This document shows positions 1 to 9,039 of a stretch of DNA of 64,000 bases, piece after piece. The stretch lies in IMG/VR virus record IMGVR_UViG_3300030419_001484, positions 9,795 through 73,794 of that record, one strand, 5' to 3'. This stretch comes from a virus. Each line of letters starts with the position of its first letter. Positions within the stretch are counted from its first letter, which is position 1. A program made the translations under genes and the position numbers. The notes under the pieces were generated by a model, which saw only the letters and a list, made by a program, of their open reading frames with translations, was not told where the DNA came from and did not search any database.

Positions 1-2
1 GG

Positions 3-1859
3 TTAGAAGATGAAGGTCGTAGAGAAACTTGGAGTGAAACTATAGAAAGGTACTTCAACTTTTTTGAAGAACATTTACAGGAAACGTGTGATTACAAATT
101 AGACAAAGAAACTAAAAATGTATTGGAACGTGCAATACTAGAACAGAAGGTAATGCCCTCTATGAGATGTTTGATGACCGCTGGAGAGGCGTTGAAAAGA
201 GAGAATATCGCTGGGTATAACTGTTCCTATGTCGCAGTAGACAGAGTTGCAGCTTTTGATGAAATACTTTATGTGTTGATGAATGGAACTGGTGTTGGAT
301 TCTCAGTAGAAAGACAATTCACTGCAAAACTACCTGTAGTCGCAGAGGAGTTCTTTCACTCAGACACCATGATACAAGTTGCAGATAGTAAACTAGGTTG
401 GGCGAAAGCACTCAAAGAATTAGTTGGTATGTTATATATTGGTCAAATACCAAGATGGGATTTATCAAAAATACGACCAGCAGGAACACCACTTAAAACA
501 TTTGGTGGTCGTGCATCTGGGCCAGAACCACTAGAAAGATTATTTGAGTTCTGTGTTACCACATTCCAAAACTCAAAAGGTAGAAAACTATCATCAATAG
601 AATGTCACGATATCGTGTGTAAGATTGCAGAGATCGTTGTGGTCGGTGGTGTAAGAAGAAGTGCATTGATATCACTATCTAATTTATCAGATGATAGAAT
701 GAGACACGCAAAGTCTGGTCAATGGTGGGAACATAATGGACAAAGAGCACTTGCAAATAACTCTGCGTGTTATACAGAAAAACCAGACATGGGAATATTC
801 ATGGATGAGTGGAAATCACTTTACGAGTCTAAATCTGGAGAACGTGGTATATTTAATCGTGCATCTGCAAACATGATGGCAGAGAAAACTGGACGTAGAG
901 AAATAGAAGGTCATGAGTTTGGAACGAACCCATGTTCAGAAATTATACTCAGAGATAGAGAGTTTTGTAATTTATCAGAATGTGTGGTAAGACCAACAGA
1001 CACCAGAGAAACATTACTCAAGAAAGTAGAACTTGCAACTATCATAGGAACATTTCAATCAACACTTACAAACTTCAAGTATGTTTCAAGTGCATGGAAA
1101 AAGAATTGTGAAGAAGAAAGATTACTTGGTGTATCACTCACAGGTATCATGGATAATAAACTTACAAATGGTAAACAAGGTGGAGCTGCACTCAGAGGAT
1201 TACTTAATGATTTGAAAGAAAGAGCAGTAGAAACAAATAAGGTATGGGCGAAGAAACTAGGTATCAATCAATCAGTATCAATCACTTGTGTTAAACCATC
1301 TGGAACAGTATCACAGTTAGTAGATGCGGCCTCTGGTATTCACGCAAGACATAATCCATATTACATTCGAACTGTTCGTGGTGACAAGAAAGATCCATTG
1401 ACTCAGATGATGACAGATGCTGGATTTCCAGTAGAAGATGATGTGATGAATCCAAGTCATACGGCTGTGTTTTCATTCCCAATGAAAGTAGACAAGGGTG
1501 CAGTATTTAGAACTGATATGACTGCGATTGAACAACTAAGATTGTGGTTGGAGTATCAAAAACACTGGTGTGAACATAAACCATCTGTAACCATTTCAGT
1601 AAAAGAACATGAGTGGTTAGAGGTCGGTGCATGGGTGTATGAACACTTTGATTATATGTCTGGTGTATCATTCTTACCATTCAGTGAACACACATATAAA
1701 CAAGCACCTTATCAAGATTGTGATAAAGAAAAGTATGAGGAGATTTTACAATCAATGCCCACCAATGTAGATTGGTCAAAACTTGGTGAGTATGAAACCA
1801 AAGACATGACTACGAGTTCACAAGAACTTGCGTGTGTTGCTGGTGGTTGTGAAATTTAA
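3..1859 (+). CDS. nrdJ: Class II (adenosylcobalamin-dependent) ribonucleotide reductase, 5' truncated by window edge
   Basis: Frame open from window start (LEDEGRRETWSETIERY); motifs PSMR, NCSY, GTGVGFSVE, GTNPCSEI, CNLSE, TCVKPSGTVSQL and C-terminal LACVAGGCEI. Confidence 0.92.
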   Translation, partial: LEDEGRRETWSETIERYFNFFEEHLQETCDYKLDKETKNVLERAILEQKVMPSMRCLMTAGEALKRENIAGYNCSYVAVDRVAAFDEILYVLMNGTGVGFSVERQFTAKLPVVAEEFFHSDTMIQVADSKLGWAKALKELVGMLYIGQIPRWDLSKIRPAGTPLKTFGGRASGPEPLERLFEFCVTTFQNSKGRKLSSIECHDIVCKIAEIVVVGGVRRSALISLSNLSDDRMRHAKSGQWWEHNGQRALANNSACYTEKPDMGIFMDEWKSLYESKSGERGIFNRASANMMAEKTGRREIEGHEFGTNPCSEIILRDREFCNLSECVVRPTDTRETLLKKVELATIIGTFQSTLTNFKYVSSAWKKNCEEERLLGVSLTGIMDNKLTNGKQGGAALRGLLNDLKERAVETNKVWAKKLGINQSVSITCVKPSGTVSQLVDAASGIHARHNPYYIRTVRGDKKDPLTQMMTDAGFPVEDDVMNPSHTAVFSFPMKVDKGAVFRTDMTAIEQLRLWLEYQKHWCEHKPSVTISVKEHEWLEVGAWVYEHFDYMSGVSFLPFSEHTYKQAPYQDCDKEKYEEILQSMPTNVDWSKLGEYETKDMTTSSQELACVAGGCEI

Positions 1860-2014
1860 TGAAAAAATTAGTGTACTGTGAGTCGTGTGATGCAGAGTTT
1901 CGTATAACACACAATATGGACAAACGACTATATAAAATAGAACATTGTCCTTTTTGTGGTGACGATTTAACTGAGGAAAACGAGGACTTATTAGAGGAGT
2001 ATGAAGATGAGTAA
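1859..2014 (+). CDS. Small Zn-ribbon protein (51 aa, not in ORF track)
   Basis: ATG overlaps nrdJ stop; MKKLVYCESCDAEF...HCPFCG with acidic tail. Confidence 0.7.
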   Translation: MKKLVYCESCDAEFRITHNMDKRLYKIEHCPFCGDDLTEENEDLLEEYEDE

Positions 2015-2186
2015 TTGTCAAAACTGTGGTCGTGACTCACATTGTGGAACACCTTTACATGGTGTCGCAGAAGGTTTTATAAGTGAAAATTATGGAGAGG
2101 GTAAAACTATAAAGATATGTGATAGTTGTCGTTGTGAGGAGTGCAAGGAAAATGAAAATAGATATTCAAATGAAAGTATTGTATGA
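2007..2186 (+). CDS. Small Cys-rich hypothetical protein
   Basis: CxxC...HC...CxxCxC; overlaps neighbours. Confidence 0.55.
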   Translation: MSNCQNCGRDSHCGTPLHGVAEGFISENYGEGKTIKICDSCRCEECKENENRYSNESIV

Positions 2187-2521
2187 AAACCCAAAGTGCA
2201 AAGGCTAAGGGTCGCAGATTTCAACAATGGGTTCGTGACAAACTCATAGAGACACTTGGTGTCCATCCAGAGGATATTGAGTCAAGGTCTATGGGTGCTG
2301 GTGGTGAGGATTTGATAATGGCAAGAGCTGCAAGAGAAAAGTTTCCATATTCGGTTGAGTGTAAGAATCAAGAGAGATTAAATCTATGGGAGGCGTATAG
2401 TCAAGCAGAGTCAAACTGTGGTGACTATCAACCCATAGTGTTTTTAAAGAAGAACAACCATAAACCTCTAGTATTGGTAGATGCAGACTATTTTGTGGGG
2501 TTACACAAGGACGAAAAATGA
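2183..2521 (+). CDS. PD-(D/E)XK endonuclease / Holliday-junction-resolvase-like protein
   Basis: MKTQSAKAKGRRFQ...GEDL...SVECKN pattern. Confidence 0.7.
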   Translation: MKTQSAKAKGRRFQQWVRDKLIETLGVHPEDIESRSMGAGGEDLIMARAAREKFPYSVECKNQERLNLWEAYSQAESNCGDYQPIVFLKKNNHKPLVLVDADYFVGLHKDEK

Positions 2522-2724
2522 TAACTGCTTTCATTTCAGTGTTTGAGGAAAGATTGGATAAACTCAAAAAATCCCTCAAAAAAGAACTACAACTCACAAA
2601 ATCTGAACGTAGAAAGGATGTAATGAAAAGATTGGTCAAAGATGCAAAGTCATTACAGAAAACAATAAATGGGGTTAAAAAAGAAAATGCAAAAGTTTGT
2701 CCACACTGTGGTGGAGAACTATAG
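2518..2724 (+). CDS. Hypothetical protein, basic coiled coil with CPHC
   Basis: ATGA overlap with upstream gene. Confidence 0.55.
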   Translation: MITAFISVFEERLDKLKKSLKKELQLTKSERRKDVMKRLVKDAKSLQKTINGVKKENAKVCPHCGGEL

Positions 2725-2868
2725 TCTAATATTAGTTAGCCCAATAATATCTTATTTCCTTAGTATCTTTATAGTTGCAACTTTTGGTGAATTTGTAAGT
2801 CAAGACAAGTATATATTAGGTGAACTCATAGTTATACAAATTGTAATTCTTTTTCTAATATTACTTTA

Positions 2869-2876
2869 TATAAATA
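2869..2876 (+). promoter_or_regulatory. T4-type late promoter
   Basis: TATAAATA upstream of ORF 2928. Confidence 0.6.
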
Positions 2877-2927
2877 AGGGGGTAAAGAGAGATAAGTAAG
2901 TCTCTCTTTTTTTATGAAGGAAAAAAG

Positions 2928-3272
2928 ATGAAAAAACTACTAGCATCACTTTTCATCATGTTCGCATTTACAGTTCCAGCATCTGCATGGGATTTTGGAA
3001 ATAGCGTAGAAGCGAAATATAATGTAGATCAAAAACTAACTACAATTACTATGGAATCTGGAGTTACCCAAAACCTAAGTGACAATCTTGTTTTTAATAT
3101 AAATGCTGATTTTAATCTAAAAGAAATCAACAATACATCTGGTCTATATCAAGGTTTAGATATAGGAGTAGATTACAATATTGCTGATAACGTAATGTTC
3201 GAAGTTGACACTGGAATCGACACCGATTGGAAGAGAGAGGATATCTCTGTTTCTATGACTTGGACTTTCTAA
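2928..3272 (+). CDS. Small outer-membrane beta-barrel-like protein
   Basis: Signal peptide ending ASA, amphipathic beta-strand pattern, C-terminal WTF. Confidence 0.6.
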   Translation: MKKLLASLFIMFAFTVPASAWDFGNSVEAKYNVDQKLTTITMESGVTQNLSDNLVFNINADFNLKEINNTSGLYQGLDIGVDYNIADNVMFEVDTGIDTDWKREDISVSMTWTF

Positions 3273-3315
3273 AAACGAATCACCTTTAAATTATCTACTA
3301 TATTAAAATATTTTG

Positions 3316-3355
3316 AACCCTTGTAAGTCATTGATTTGCAAGGGTTTATTTTTTT
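3316..3355 (+). terminator. Intrinsic terminator hairpin containing an IHF-like site
   Basis: AACCCTTGTAAGTCA-T-TGATTTGCAAGGGTT followed by T-rich tract. Confidence 0.65.
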
Positions 3356-3357
3356 AC

Positions 3358-3386
3358 TTGACAAAGAAAGAATAGTATGATACTTT
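3358..3386 (+). promoter_or_regulatory. Sigma70-type early promoter
   Basis: TTGACA-N17-TACTTT with TG extension; AGAGAGA RBS downstream. Confidence 0.65.
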
Positions 3387-3420
3387 AATGGTAGAGTTAA
3401 TAAAAAAGAGAGAATCATAT

Positions 3421-3636
3421 ATGACAAATACAACATTTTCAACTTCTATCAATTTCGTCAATTTAGACGAAGATGGTATATTAGTATGTGATAATGCGAT
3501 TGTTTCTCTGGGTAACATCAGAGGTACTACAAGAGCAGAATCAGAAGCTGCAGCTATTTCAACCTTTGAGGTATTAGGGTTGTCTGCTGACCAATTGGTG
3601 TCGATTGAAACAACTAAGATAAAAAATAGTACTTGA
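3421..3636 (+). CDS. Hypothetical early protein
   Basis: ATG 3421 after AGAGAGA RBS. Confidence 0.6.
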   Translation: MTNTTFSTSINFVNLDEDGILVCDNAIVSLGNIRGTTRAESEAAAISTFEVLGLSADQLVSIETTKIKNST

Positions 3637-3678
3637 CATATTCTGTCAATGTGTTACTATAATAGTGTAAGTGATTCG
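3633..3678 (+). promoter_or_regulatory. Sigma70-type early promoter cassette with TTGACA/TGTCAA inverted repeat and downstream TGATTCG
   Basis: TTGACA 3633, TACTATAAT, TGATTCG 3672; near-copy at 32115. Confidence 0.75.
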
Positions 3679-3700
3679 TTAATAATATAGAGAGGTAAAT

Positions 3701-4096
3701 ATGGCTTATATTTCACAACAAGATAAAAAAGACCTTGCTCCTGCGATCAAGGCAGTTCTTAAAAACTATGGTATGAAAGGTACTATTTCGATAAATCATC
3801 ACAGTTCATTAGTTGTTACTGTTCAATCTGGTGTTCTAGATTTCAGTGGACATTTTAGTCATGGTGATGGTTACATTCAAGTTAACACTTATCACATAGA
3901 CAATTGGTATTCTGGAACTATCAGAAATTTTCTTAAAGACCTTGTAAAGGCAATGAAAGGAAACAAGTGGTATGACAAATCAGATGCAATGGTTGATTAT
4001 TTTGATACTGCATACTATGTTGATATTAATATTGGAAAATGGAATAAACCTTATGTCCAAACAAAAACTAATCCTCATGTAAAGGTGGCTGCATGA
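3701..4096 (+). CDS. Hypothetical early phage protein ending in VAA
   Basis: GAGAGG RBS, clean ORF. Confidence 0.75.
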   Translation: MAYISQQDKKDLAPAIKAVLKNYGMKGTISINHHSSLVVTVQSGVLDFSGHFSHGDGYIQVNTYHIDNWYSGTIRNFLKDLVKAMKGNKWYDKSDAMVDYFDTAYYVDINIGKWNKPYVQTKTNPHVKVAA

Positions 4097-4380
4097 TTGA
4101 TAGTATAATCAAAGCAAAGATAAAGGGGGATATAAGTATGTCAGTTCCTTTATATTTGATGATGAGTTATGCATATTACGAAGAAGATAAACCGATTGCA
4201 ACTGATGGCACTTTTGATGAGGTTTCAAAATTAATGTTAAAGAATTGGAAAAAGATAAAACACCATCACAAAGAACTAATAAATCTTGATAATCTAAAGG
4301 CTGGAACTTACTTGGGTAAATATCCAACAATAGTAAAAGATACTTTAGAAATGGTAAGAAAGAGATATAACAATGATTAG
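4093..4380 (+). CDS. Stand-alone protein resembling NAD-dependent DNA ligase subdomain Ia
   Basis: AYY-x2-D-x-P-x3-D-x2-FD motif. Confidence 0.5.
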   Translation: MIDSIIKAKIKGDISMSVPLYLMMSYAYYEEDKPIATDGTFDEVSKLMLKNWKKIKHHHKELINLDNLKAGTYLGKYPTIVKDTLEMVRKRYNND

Positions 4381-4483
4381 ACTTGCAATGTTTTTAATAG
4401 GGTTATATATTAGAGTTCTTATAGGTGCAACAGTGTTTATTTGGGGAAGTCTGATTATAATACATTTTTTAGGAATAATTTAG
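4373..4483 (+). CDS. Small membrane peptide (36 aa)
   Basis: MIRLAMFLIGLYIRVLIGATVFIWGSLIIIHFLGII fills the gap. Confidence 0.45.
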   Translation: MIRLAMFLIGLYIRVLIGATVFIWGSLIIIHFLGII

Positions 4484-4498
4484 AGAGGTATAAATATT

Positions 4499-4885
4499 AT
4501 GGTGAAAATAAAACGTAGAAGAAAACCAATGACTCCAGAACAACGTGCGGCCGCAGTTGAACGTCTTGCAAAGGCAAGAGAAGCAAAAGGGCCTGCACAA
4601 CATCAAAATATACATCCAGAGGTTCTTGCAAGACCAGACGACCATTTTCTATCTTTAAAAAATGTTAGGTCTTGGATAAAGAGTAACAAAGAACAATTGA
4701 GTTCACTCAGAGGTGAGGTCAGACGAGATGTAAAGGGCGCTAAGGCGAAGTTTCATAGTGTAGAGGGTTATATAAGACATATGCAACACTATCTCAAACA
4801 TGGTGATTGGATAGATAATGCATATGGAGAACATCAAGAAAAGAGTGTTAAATGGGTGACGATAAAGGCCAGTGGAGTAATATAA
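4499..4885 (+). CDS. Hypothetical basic phage protein
   Basis: GAGAGG RBS; KRRRKPMTPEQRAAAVERLAKAR. Confidence 0.75.
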   Translation: MVKIKRRRKPMTPEQRAAAVERLAKAREAKGPAQHQNIHPEVLARPDDHFLSLKNVRSWIKSNKEQLSSLRGEVRRDVKGAKAKFHSVEGYIRHMQHYLKHGDWIDNAYGEHQEKSVKWVTIKASGVI

Positions 4886-5250
4886 TCATAGGGCCATGGG
4901 AGTCTAAAACTCCCAAAGGTGGTAAGAATAGAGATCAGATAATCAAAGAAGAAATGGATGCGATTGATGAACTCTCTCAAAAAGCTATGATTAAATTAAT
5001 AGAAGTCCTTAAAGAATATGAGGTGAATATAACTTCAAAGGATTTCTATAGACATATTGGTTTTATGAATGAAACACTCAAAGCAAAACTATTTAAAGAA
5101 ATGGGTTATGAACACCCATTGTCTGATTTAGTAAATCATATAATAATCCCATCAATGACTAAGGATAAGAGGGATATATACACAAAGTTTAGAGCTGACT
5201 TAGTTCATGAACTTGTAGAATATTTGGAGCAAGATTTTGAAGAAGAGTGA
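4852..5250 (+). CDS. Hypothetical protein
   Basis: ORF in operon; start uncertain. Confidence 0.6.
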   Translation: MGDDKGQWSNIIIGPWESKTPKGGKNRDQIIKEEMDAIDELSQKAMIKLIEVLKEYEVNITSKDFYRHIGFMNETLKAKLFKEMGYEHPLSDLVNHIIIPSMTKDKRDIYTKFRADLVHELVEYLEQDFEEE

Positions 5251-5920
5251 AGTTAATTTTATTACACCATTTAGTCCGACTATTATGCAGACAGAGGTGC
5301 CAGATAAATTTATTAAACTAATTAATAAGATTGGTGATGAAGTTTTAAGTGATGATAAAAAATCTACACAATTTGATTGGTCAGATCATCTAGTAGGAAA
5401 AGTTCATAAAGAAGTTCAGATACCAATGATAAACCCAAACGATGCTAATTATTGTAAATCAATTTTAAAAGAAAATTGTCTTATGTATTTAAAAGAACTT
5501 ATTAATAAAGGTCGTGCATACATAGATAACATGATTTTACATCATCCAACAAAAGGTAACTTACATCCAACAGAATCTAATATTAACATAAGTCAATCTT
5601 GGATAGTAAGTCAATATAAGGGTGAGTACAACCCATGGCATCAACACAGTGGACATCTATCAGCAGTCATATATCTTAAAGTACCAAAGGGTATGGATGA
5701 GTTCTTTGAGAAAGAGGGTGAAGACCATTATCCTGTTGGTGGTGCAATACAGTTTATGCAAGGTGATAAACAAAACTTTAGAAACGATACATTAACATTT
5801 AGACCAGAGGTTGGTAAGATGTTAATATTCCCATCGTGGTTGAAACATTCAGTTTATCCTTTTGATGTAGACGGAGAAAGAAGAAGTATGAGTTTCAATG
5901 CATATTATGTGAGTAGATGA
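5237..5920 (+). CDS. 2OG-Fe(II) oxygenase-like protein (TIGR02466-like, HxH)
   Basis: YNPWHQH...SAVIYL...FPSWLKHSV...RRSMSFN. Confidence 0.8.
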   Translation: MKKSEVNFITPFSPTIMQTEVPDKFIKLINKIGDEVLSDDKKSTQFDWSDHLVGKVHKEVQIPMINPNDANYCKSILKENCLMYLKELINKGRAYIDNMILHHPTKGNLHPTESNINISQSWIVSQYKGEYNPWHQHSGHLSAVIYLKVPKGMDEFFEKEGEDHYPVGGAIQFMQGDKQNFRNDTLTFRPEVGKMLIFPSWLKHSVYPFDVDGERRSMSFNAYYVSR

Positions 5921-6423
5921 TGAAAATAATAGACAACATTCTAAGTAAAAAAGAACTTGATTATATAAAAACTAAAATGATGCATAATCAAGAAATGCCT
6001 TGGTACTTTAATGATGCGATAGCAACGGATCGTGAAAATGACCCCATGTATTATTTTACCCACAACTTTTTTCTTTCAAGAGGTAGCACTGATCAGTTTA
6101 AATATGAAAAGTCTGATTGGTTTCATATAATACGTTCAATATTGGATTTTATAAAACCTAAAGTATTGATTAGGTCTAAAGGGAATATGTATCCATCAAC
6201 TCCAACAATCGTTCATCATGATAGCCATATTGATCTTCCATATGAACATAAAGGTGCGATATTCTATGTTAATACAAATAATGGTATGACAGTGTTAGAG
6301 GATGGAACTGAAGTTGAAAGTATAGAAAATAGACTACTTCTTTTTGACTCTAGTAAAAAACACAATAGCACATCTTGTACAGATGCGAAAGTAAGAGTAA
6401 ATATTAATTTTAATTATTTTTAA
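5917..6423 (+). CDS. 2OG-Fe(II) oxygenase-like protein (HxD)
   Basis: HID...H...RVNINFNY. Confidence 0.7.
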   Translation: MMKIIDNILSKKELDYIKTKMMHNQEMPWYFNDAIATDRENDPMYYFTHNFFLSRGSTDQFKYEKSDWFHIIRSILDFIKPKVLIRSKGNMYPSTPTIVHHDSHIDLPYEHKGAIFYVNTNNGMTVLEDGTEVESIENRLLLFDSSKKHNSTSCTDAKVRVNINFNYF

Positions 6424-6434
6424 ATGAGACAGAT

Positions 6435-7274
6435 ATGATACTAATTGATATGAATCAGATTGCATTAGCAAATCTGATGATGAACATGAAAATGAATAAT
6501 AATAAAACCATAGATGAAAATATGGTTAGACACATGATACTTAATTCTATTCGTATGTATAGAAAAGAGCATCATAATGAATATGGTGAGGTGGTTCTTA
6601 CTTGGGACTCAAAACATTCATGGAGAAGAGATTATTTTCCAGAGTACAAGGCCAGTCGTAGAAAAGGTCGAGAAGAGTCAGACTTAAATTGGGAAGACAT
6701 TTTTGGAACTCTCAATAAGATACGAAATGAAATCAAACAAAACTTTCCATACAAATATATTGAGGTTTTCGGTGCAGAAGCAGATGACATCATAGGATTT
6801 TTGTGTGAAGAAAACAGAGATGAAAAGATTATGATAATCTCTGGTGATAAAGATTTTATTCAACTACAAAAATATCCAAATGTTACACAGTGGAGTCCTA
6901 TTACAAAGAAACAAGTCAACGGATTTGACCCCACTATATATTTAAAAGAACATATTTTAAAAGGTGATACAAGTGATGGTGTACCGAATGTACTGTCACC
7001 AGATAACACTTTTTCAGATGGATTAAGACAACGACCTTTGAGTAGAAAGAAAATACAATCTTGGCTCAATAGTGTAGAGGATTGTAATGATGAGGTGAAA
7101 AGAAATTATCAAAGAAACTTAACTCTGATTGACTTATCAAAGACACCAGAGGAACTAAAAAATCAAATCAGATTAGAATACAATAACGCACCACATGGTG
7201 ATCGTAGTAAACTCTTAAATTATTTTATGATATATAAACTCAAAGAGTTAACTGAAAACATTGGAGAATTTTAA
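6435..7274 (+). CDS. rnh: T4-type RNase H / 5'-3' exonuclease
   Basis: ILIDMNQI, WRRDYFPEYKASR, EADDII, SGDKDFIQLQ, GDTSDGVPN. Confidence 0.93.
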   Translation: MILIDMNQIALANLMMNMKMNNNKTIDENMVRHMILNSIRMYRKEHHNEYGEVVLTWDSKHSWRRDYFPEYKASRRKGREESDLNWEDIFGTLNKIRNEIKQNFPYKYIEVFGAEADDIIGFLCEENRDEKIMIISGDKDFIQLQKYPNVTQWSPITKKQVNGFDPTIYLKEHILKGDTSDGVPNVLSPDNTFSDGLRQRPLSRKKIQSWLNSVEDCNDEVKRNYQRNLTLIDLSKTPEELKNQIRLEYNNAPHGDRSKLLNYFMIYKLKELTENIGEF

Positions 7275-7275
7275 A

Positions 7276-7722
7276 ATGCCAGGAAATACATTATTATTTT
7301 CAGAAGTCCTTGATAAAGTACATAAGGCGAAAACAAAAGACCAAAAGGTCAAAATACTAAAAGAACACAATACACCAGCATTGAGGTCAGTATTAAAATC
7401 ATCTTTTGACCCAAACATCAAGTGGGTTTTACCAGAGGGTGAAGTTCCTTATAGAAAGAACGATGCACCTATTGGAACTGAACATACAACACTTGCAACA
7501 GAATCAAGTAAGTTATGGCACTTTATTAAAGGTGGTGACGGACAGACTCCTCAATGGAAAAAAGAACAGATGTTTGTTCAGATGTTAGAGGGTTTACATC
7601 AAACAGAAGCAGATCTTTTGATTAATGCAAAAGACAAAAAGTTACATCAAGTTTACAAAGGTTTATCTACAAACGTAGTGATGGAAGCTTTTGGTTGGAA
7701 TGAGGAATTTAAACTACCATGA
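7276..7722 (+). CDS. Conserved T4-like hypothetical protein
   Basis: LPEGEVPY...KEQMFVQMLEGLH; follows rnh. Confidence 0.7.
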   Translation: MPGNTLLFSEVLDKVHKAKTKDQKVKILKEHNTPALRSVLKSSFDPNIKWVLPEGEVPYRKNDAPIGTEHTTLATESSKLWHFIKGGDGQTPQWKKEQMFVQMLEGLHQTEADLLINAKDKKLHQVYKGLSTNVVMEAFGWNEEFKLP

Positions 7723-7937
7723 TGACAGATGAAGAAATAGAAACCGCAATTAAAAATATTGAAAATGGTAAGAGTATTAACTTTAATGATCAGTTTAAAA
7801 TACTTGCAACAATTTACAAAAAAATTAAACAGTTACATCAACAAACATATAGTCCACCAACAAACAATGATTTAAATAAATCTATAAATGATCTTGCAAG
7901 TCGTATTAGTATCATAGAGGGTAAGTTAAAAGGATGA
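7719..7937 (+). CDS. Hypothetical protein
   Basis: Overlapping start/stop junctions. Confidence 0.55.
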   Translation: MMTDEEIETAIKNIENGKSINFNDQFKILATIYKKIKQLHQQTYSPPTNNDLNKSINDLASRISIIEGKLKG

Positions 7938-8308
7938 ATATTGATGTTAATAAAAGGTTAGCGTCAAAAGAACAATACGAGTATTTAAAAAATTTACATT
8001 ATCAACCTTGTAATTTACCAAATGTTGGTGTGCATTATGGAGATATCAGATCAATCTGTATAAACAAAGAGTCATCAGCCCATGTGAGTGAAGGACACAT
8101 GAAATCTTTTACTCAACAATATAATAATAAAGTGGTACAAAATGATATACCAATTAATCAACCAACAGAAATAATAAATGAAACAGCGAGAAAAGTTTAT
8201 CTTATTTTAGATGGCTGTATGTTATTAGATGAAAAGATTGGTGATTACACCATACGTTTTAAAAAAGGTGTAGACCCAGATATAAAAAAAATAAGTGTTG
8301 ACAATTGA
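7934..8308 (+). CDS. Hypothetical protein
   Basis: Overlapping start/stop junction. Confidence 0.55.
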   Translation: MNIDVNKRLASKEQYEYLKNLHYQPCNLPNVGVHYGDIRSICINKESSAHVSEGHMKSFTQQYNNKVVQNDIPINQPTEIINETARKVYLILDGCMLLDEKIGDYTIRFKKGVDPDIKKISVDN

Positions 8309-8326
8309 AACGAATCAGTGTATATT
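8298..8326 (+). promoter_or_regulatory. Sigma70-type promoter with CGAATCA box in spacer
   Basis: TTGACA-N7-CGAATCA-N3-TATATT. Confidence 0.8.
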
Positions 8327-8360
8327 AGTAGTATAGTTAATAATAAAGAGAGAGAATATT

Positions 8361-8732
8361 ATGATAGTAGAACAAAGTGCGACAACATTAGAAGATGGAA
8401 TTGATACCCTAATTAATTCTGCAAAAGCAGATTATGTTAAAAGATATGGTAGTGATGTCAACTCAGATGTTGCAAAGAAAATGATAGGTCAGTTTAACGA
8501 TGGATTTGTTGTTAAGTCTGGTTCAAAGTATGTAAAAATTATGTGTGGTAATGGTGGAACGCCTGGTGGTTCATGCTGGGGGTTTGTTGTGAAAGAAGAC
8601 ACACCAAAATTTAAAAAGGGTGACATTTTAAAACCTGCTGGTTGGAATAAACCTGCTACTAACGCAGCTAGAGGTAATGTGTTAGATGGTAATTACGAAA
8701 TACATTGGACAGGGCCTGTATATCTGTCCTAA
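8361..8732 (+). CDS. Hypothetical early protein
   Basis: AGAGAGAG RBS; FKKGDILKPAGWNKPA. Confidence 0.75.
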   Translation: MIVEQSATTLEDGIDTLINSAKADYVKRYGSDVNSDVAKKMIGQFNDGFVVKSGSKYVKIMCGNGGTPGGSCWGFVVKEDTPKFKKGDILKPAGWNKPATNAARGNVLDGNYEIHWTGPVYLS

Positions 8733-8738
8733 AGGAAC

Positions 8739-8797
8739 ACGACCTATATGACGTACCTCTCTCAAACTCGCAAAACTCAAAAAGTCATATAGGTCGT
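8739..8797 (+). repeat. Perfect 14-bp inverted repeat with 31-nt loop (RNA hairpin)
   Basis: ACGACCTATATGAC...GTCATATAGGTCGT. Confidence 0.85.
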
Positions 8798-8808
8798 ACA
8801 GAGAGAAT

Positions 8809-9000
8809 ATGAAACACAGAACAAAATTATTTTATATAAACATAGATGGTGAAGATACTTATCTAATCGCAGAGGGTGAAGATGAGGGTAAGGCTGCACA
8901 AAACGCTGTAAAAGAATTTCAGAAAATACAAAAGATATACGGAGAACAAAATCTTCCCATAACGAATATAACTCGTATGGATAAAATAGTTGACAATTAA
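8809..9000 (+). CDS. Hypothetical protein
   Basis: AGAGAG RBS. Confidence 0.6.
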   Translation: MKHRTKLFYINIDGEDTYLIAEGEDEGKAAQNAVKEFQKIQKIYGEQNLPITNITRMDKIVDN

Positions 9001-9018
9001 AACGAATCAGTGTATAAT
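8990..9018 (+). promoter_or_regulatory. Sigma70-type promoter with CGAATCA box
   Basis: TTGACA-N7-CGAATCA-N3-TATAAT. Confidence 0.85.
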
Positions 9019-9039
9019 ATAAACATAATAGAGAGAGAT

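Noticed and set aside
3-1859. Possible intron or intein in nrdJ
   Set aside because: Reading frame and motif spacing are continuous in the visible part.
2669-2899. 76-aa hydrophobic ORF
   Set aside because: Overlaps the upstream gene with no clear RBS; may be real but not supportable.
4489-4496. TATAAATA late-promoter match
   Set aside because: Lies between the RBS and ATG of ORF 4499, so a transcript from it would lack the RBS.
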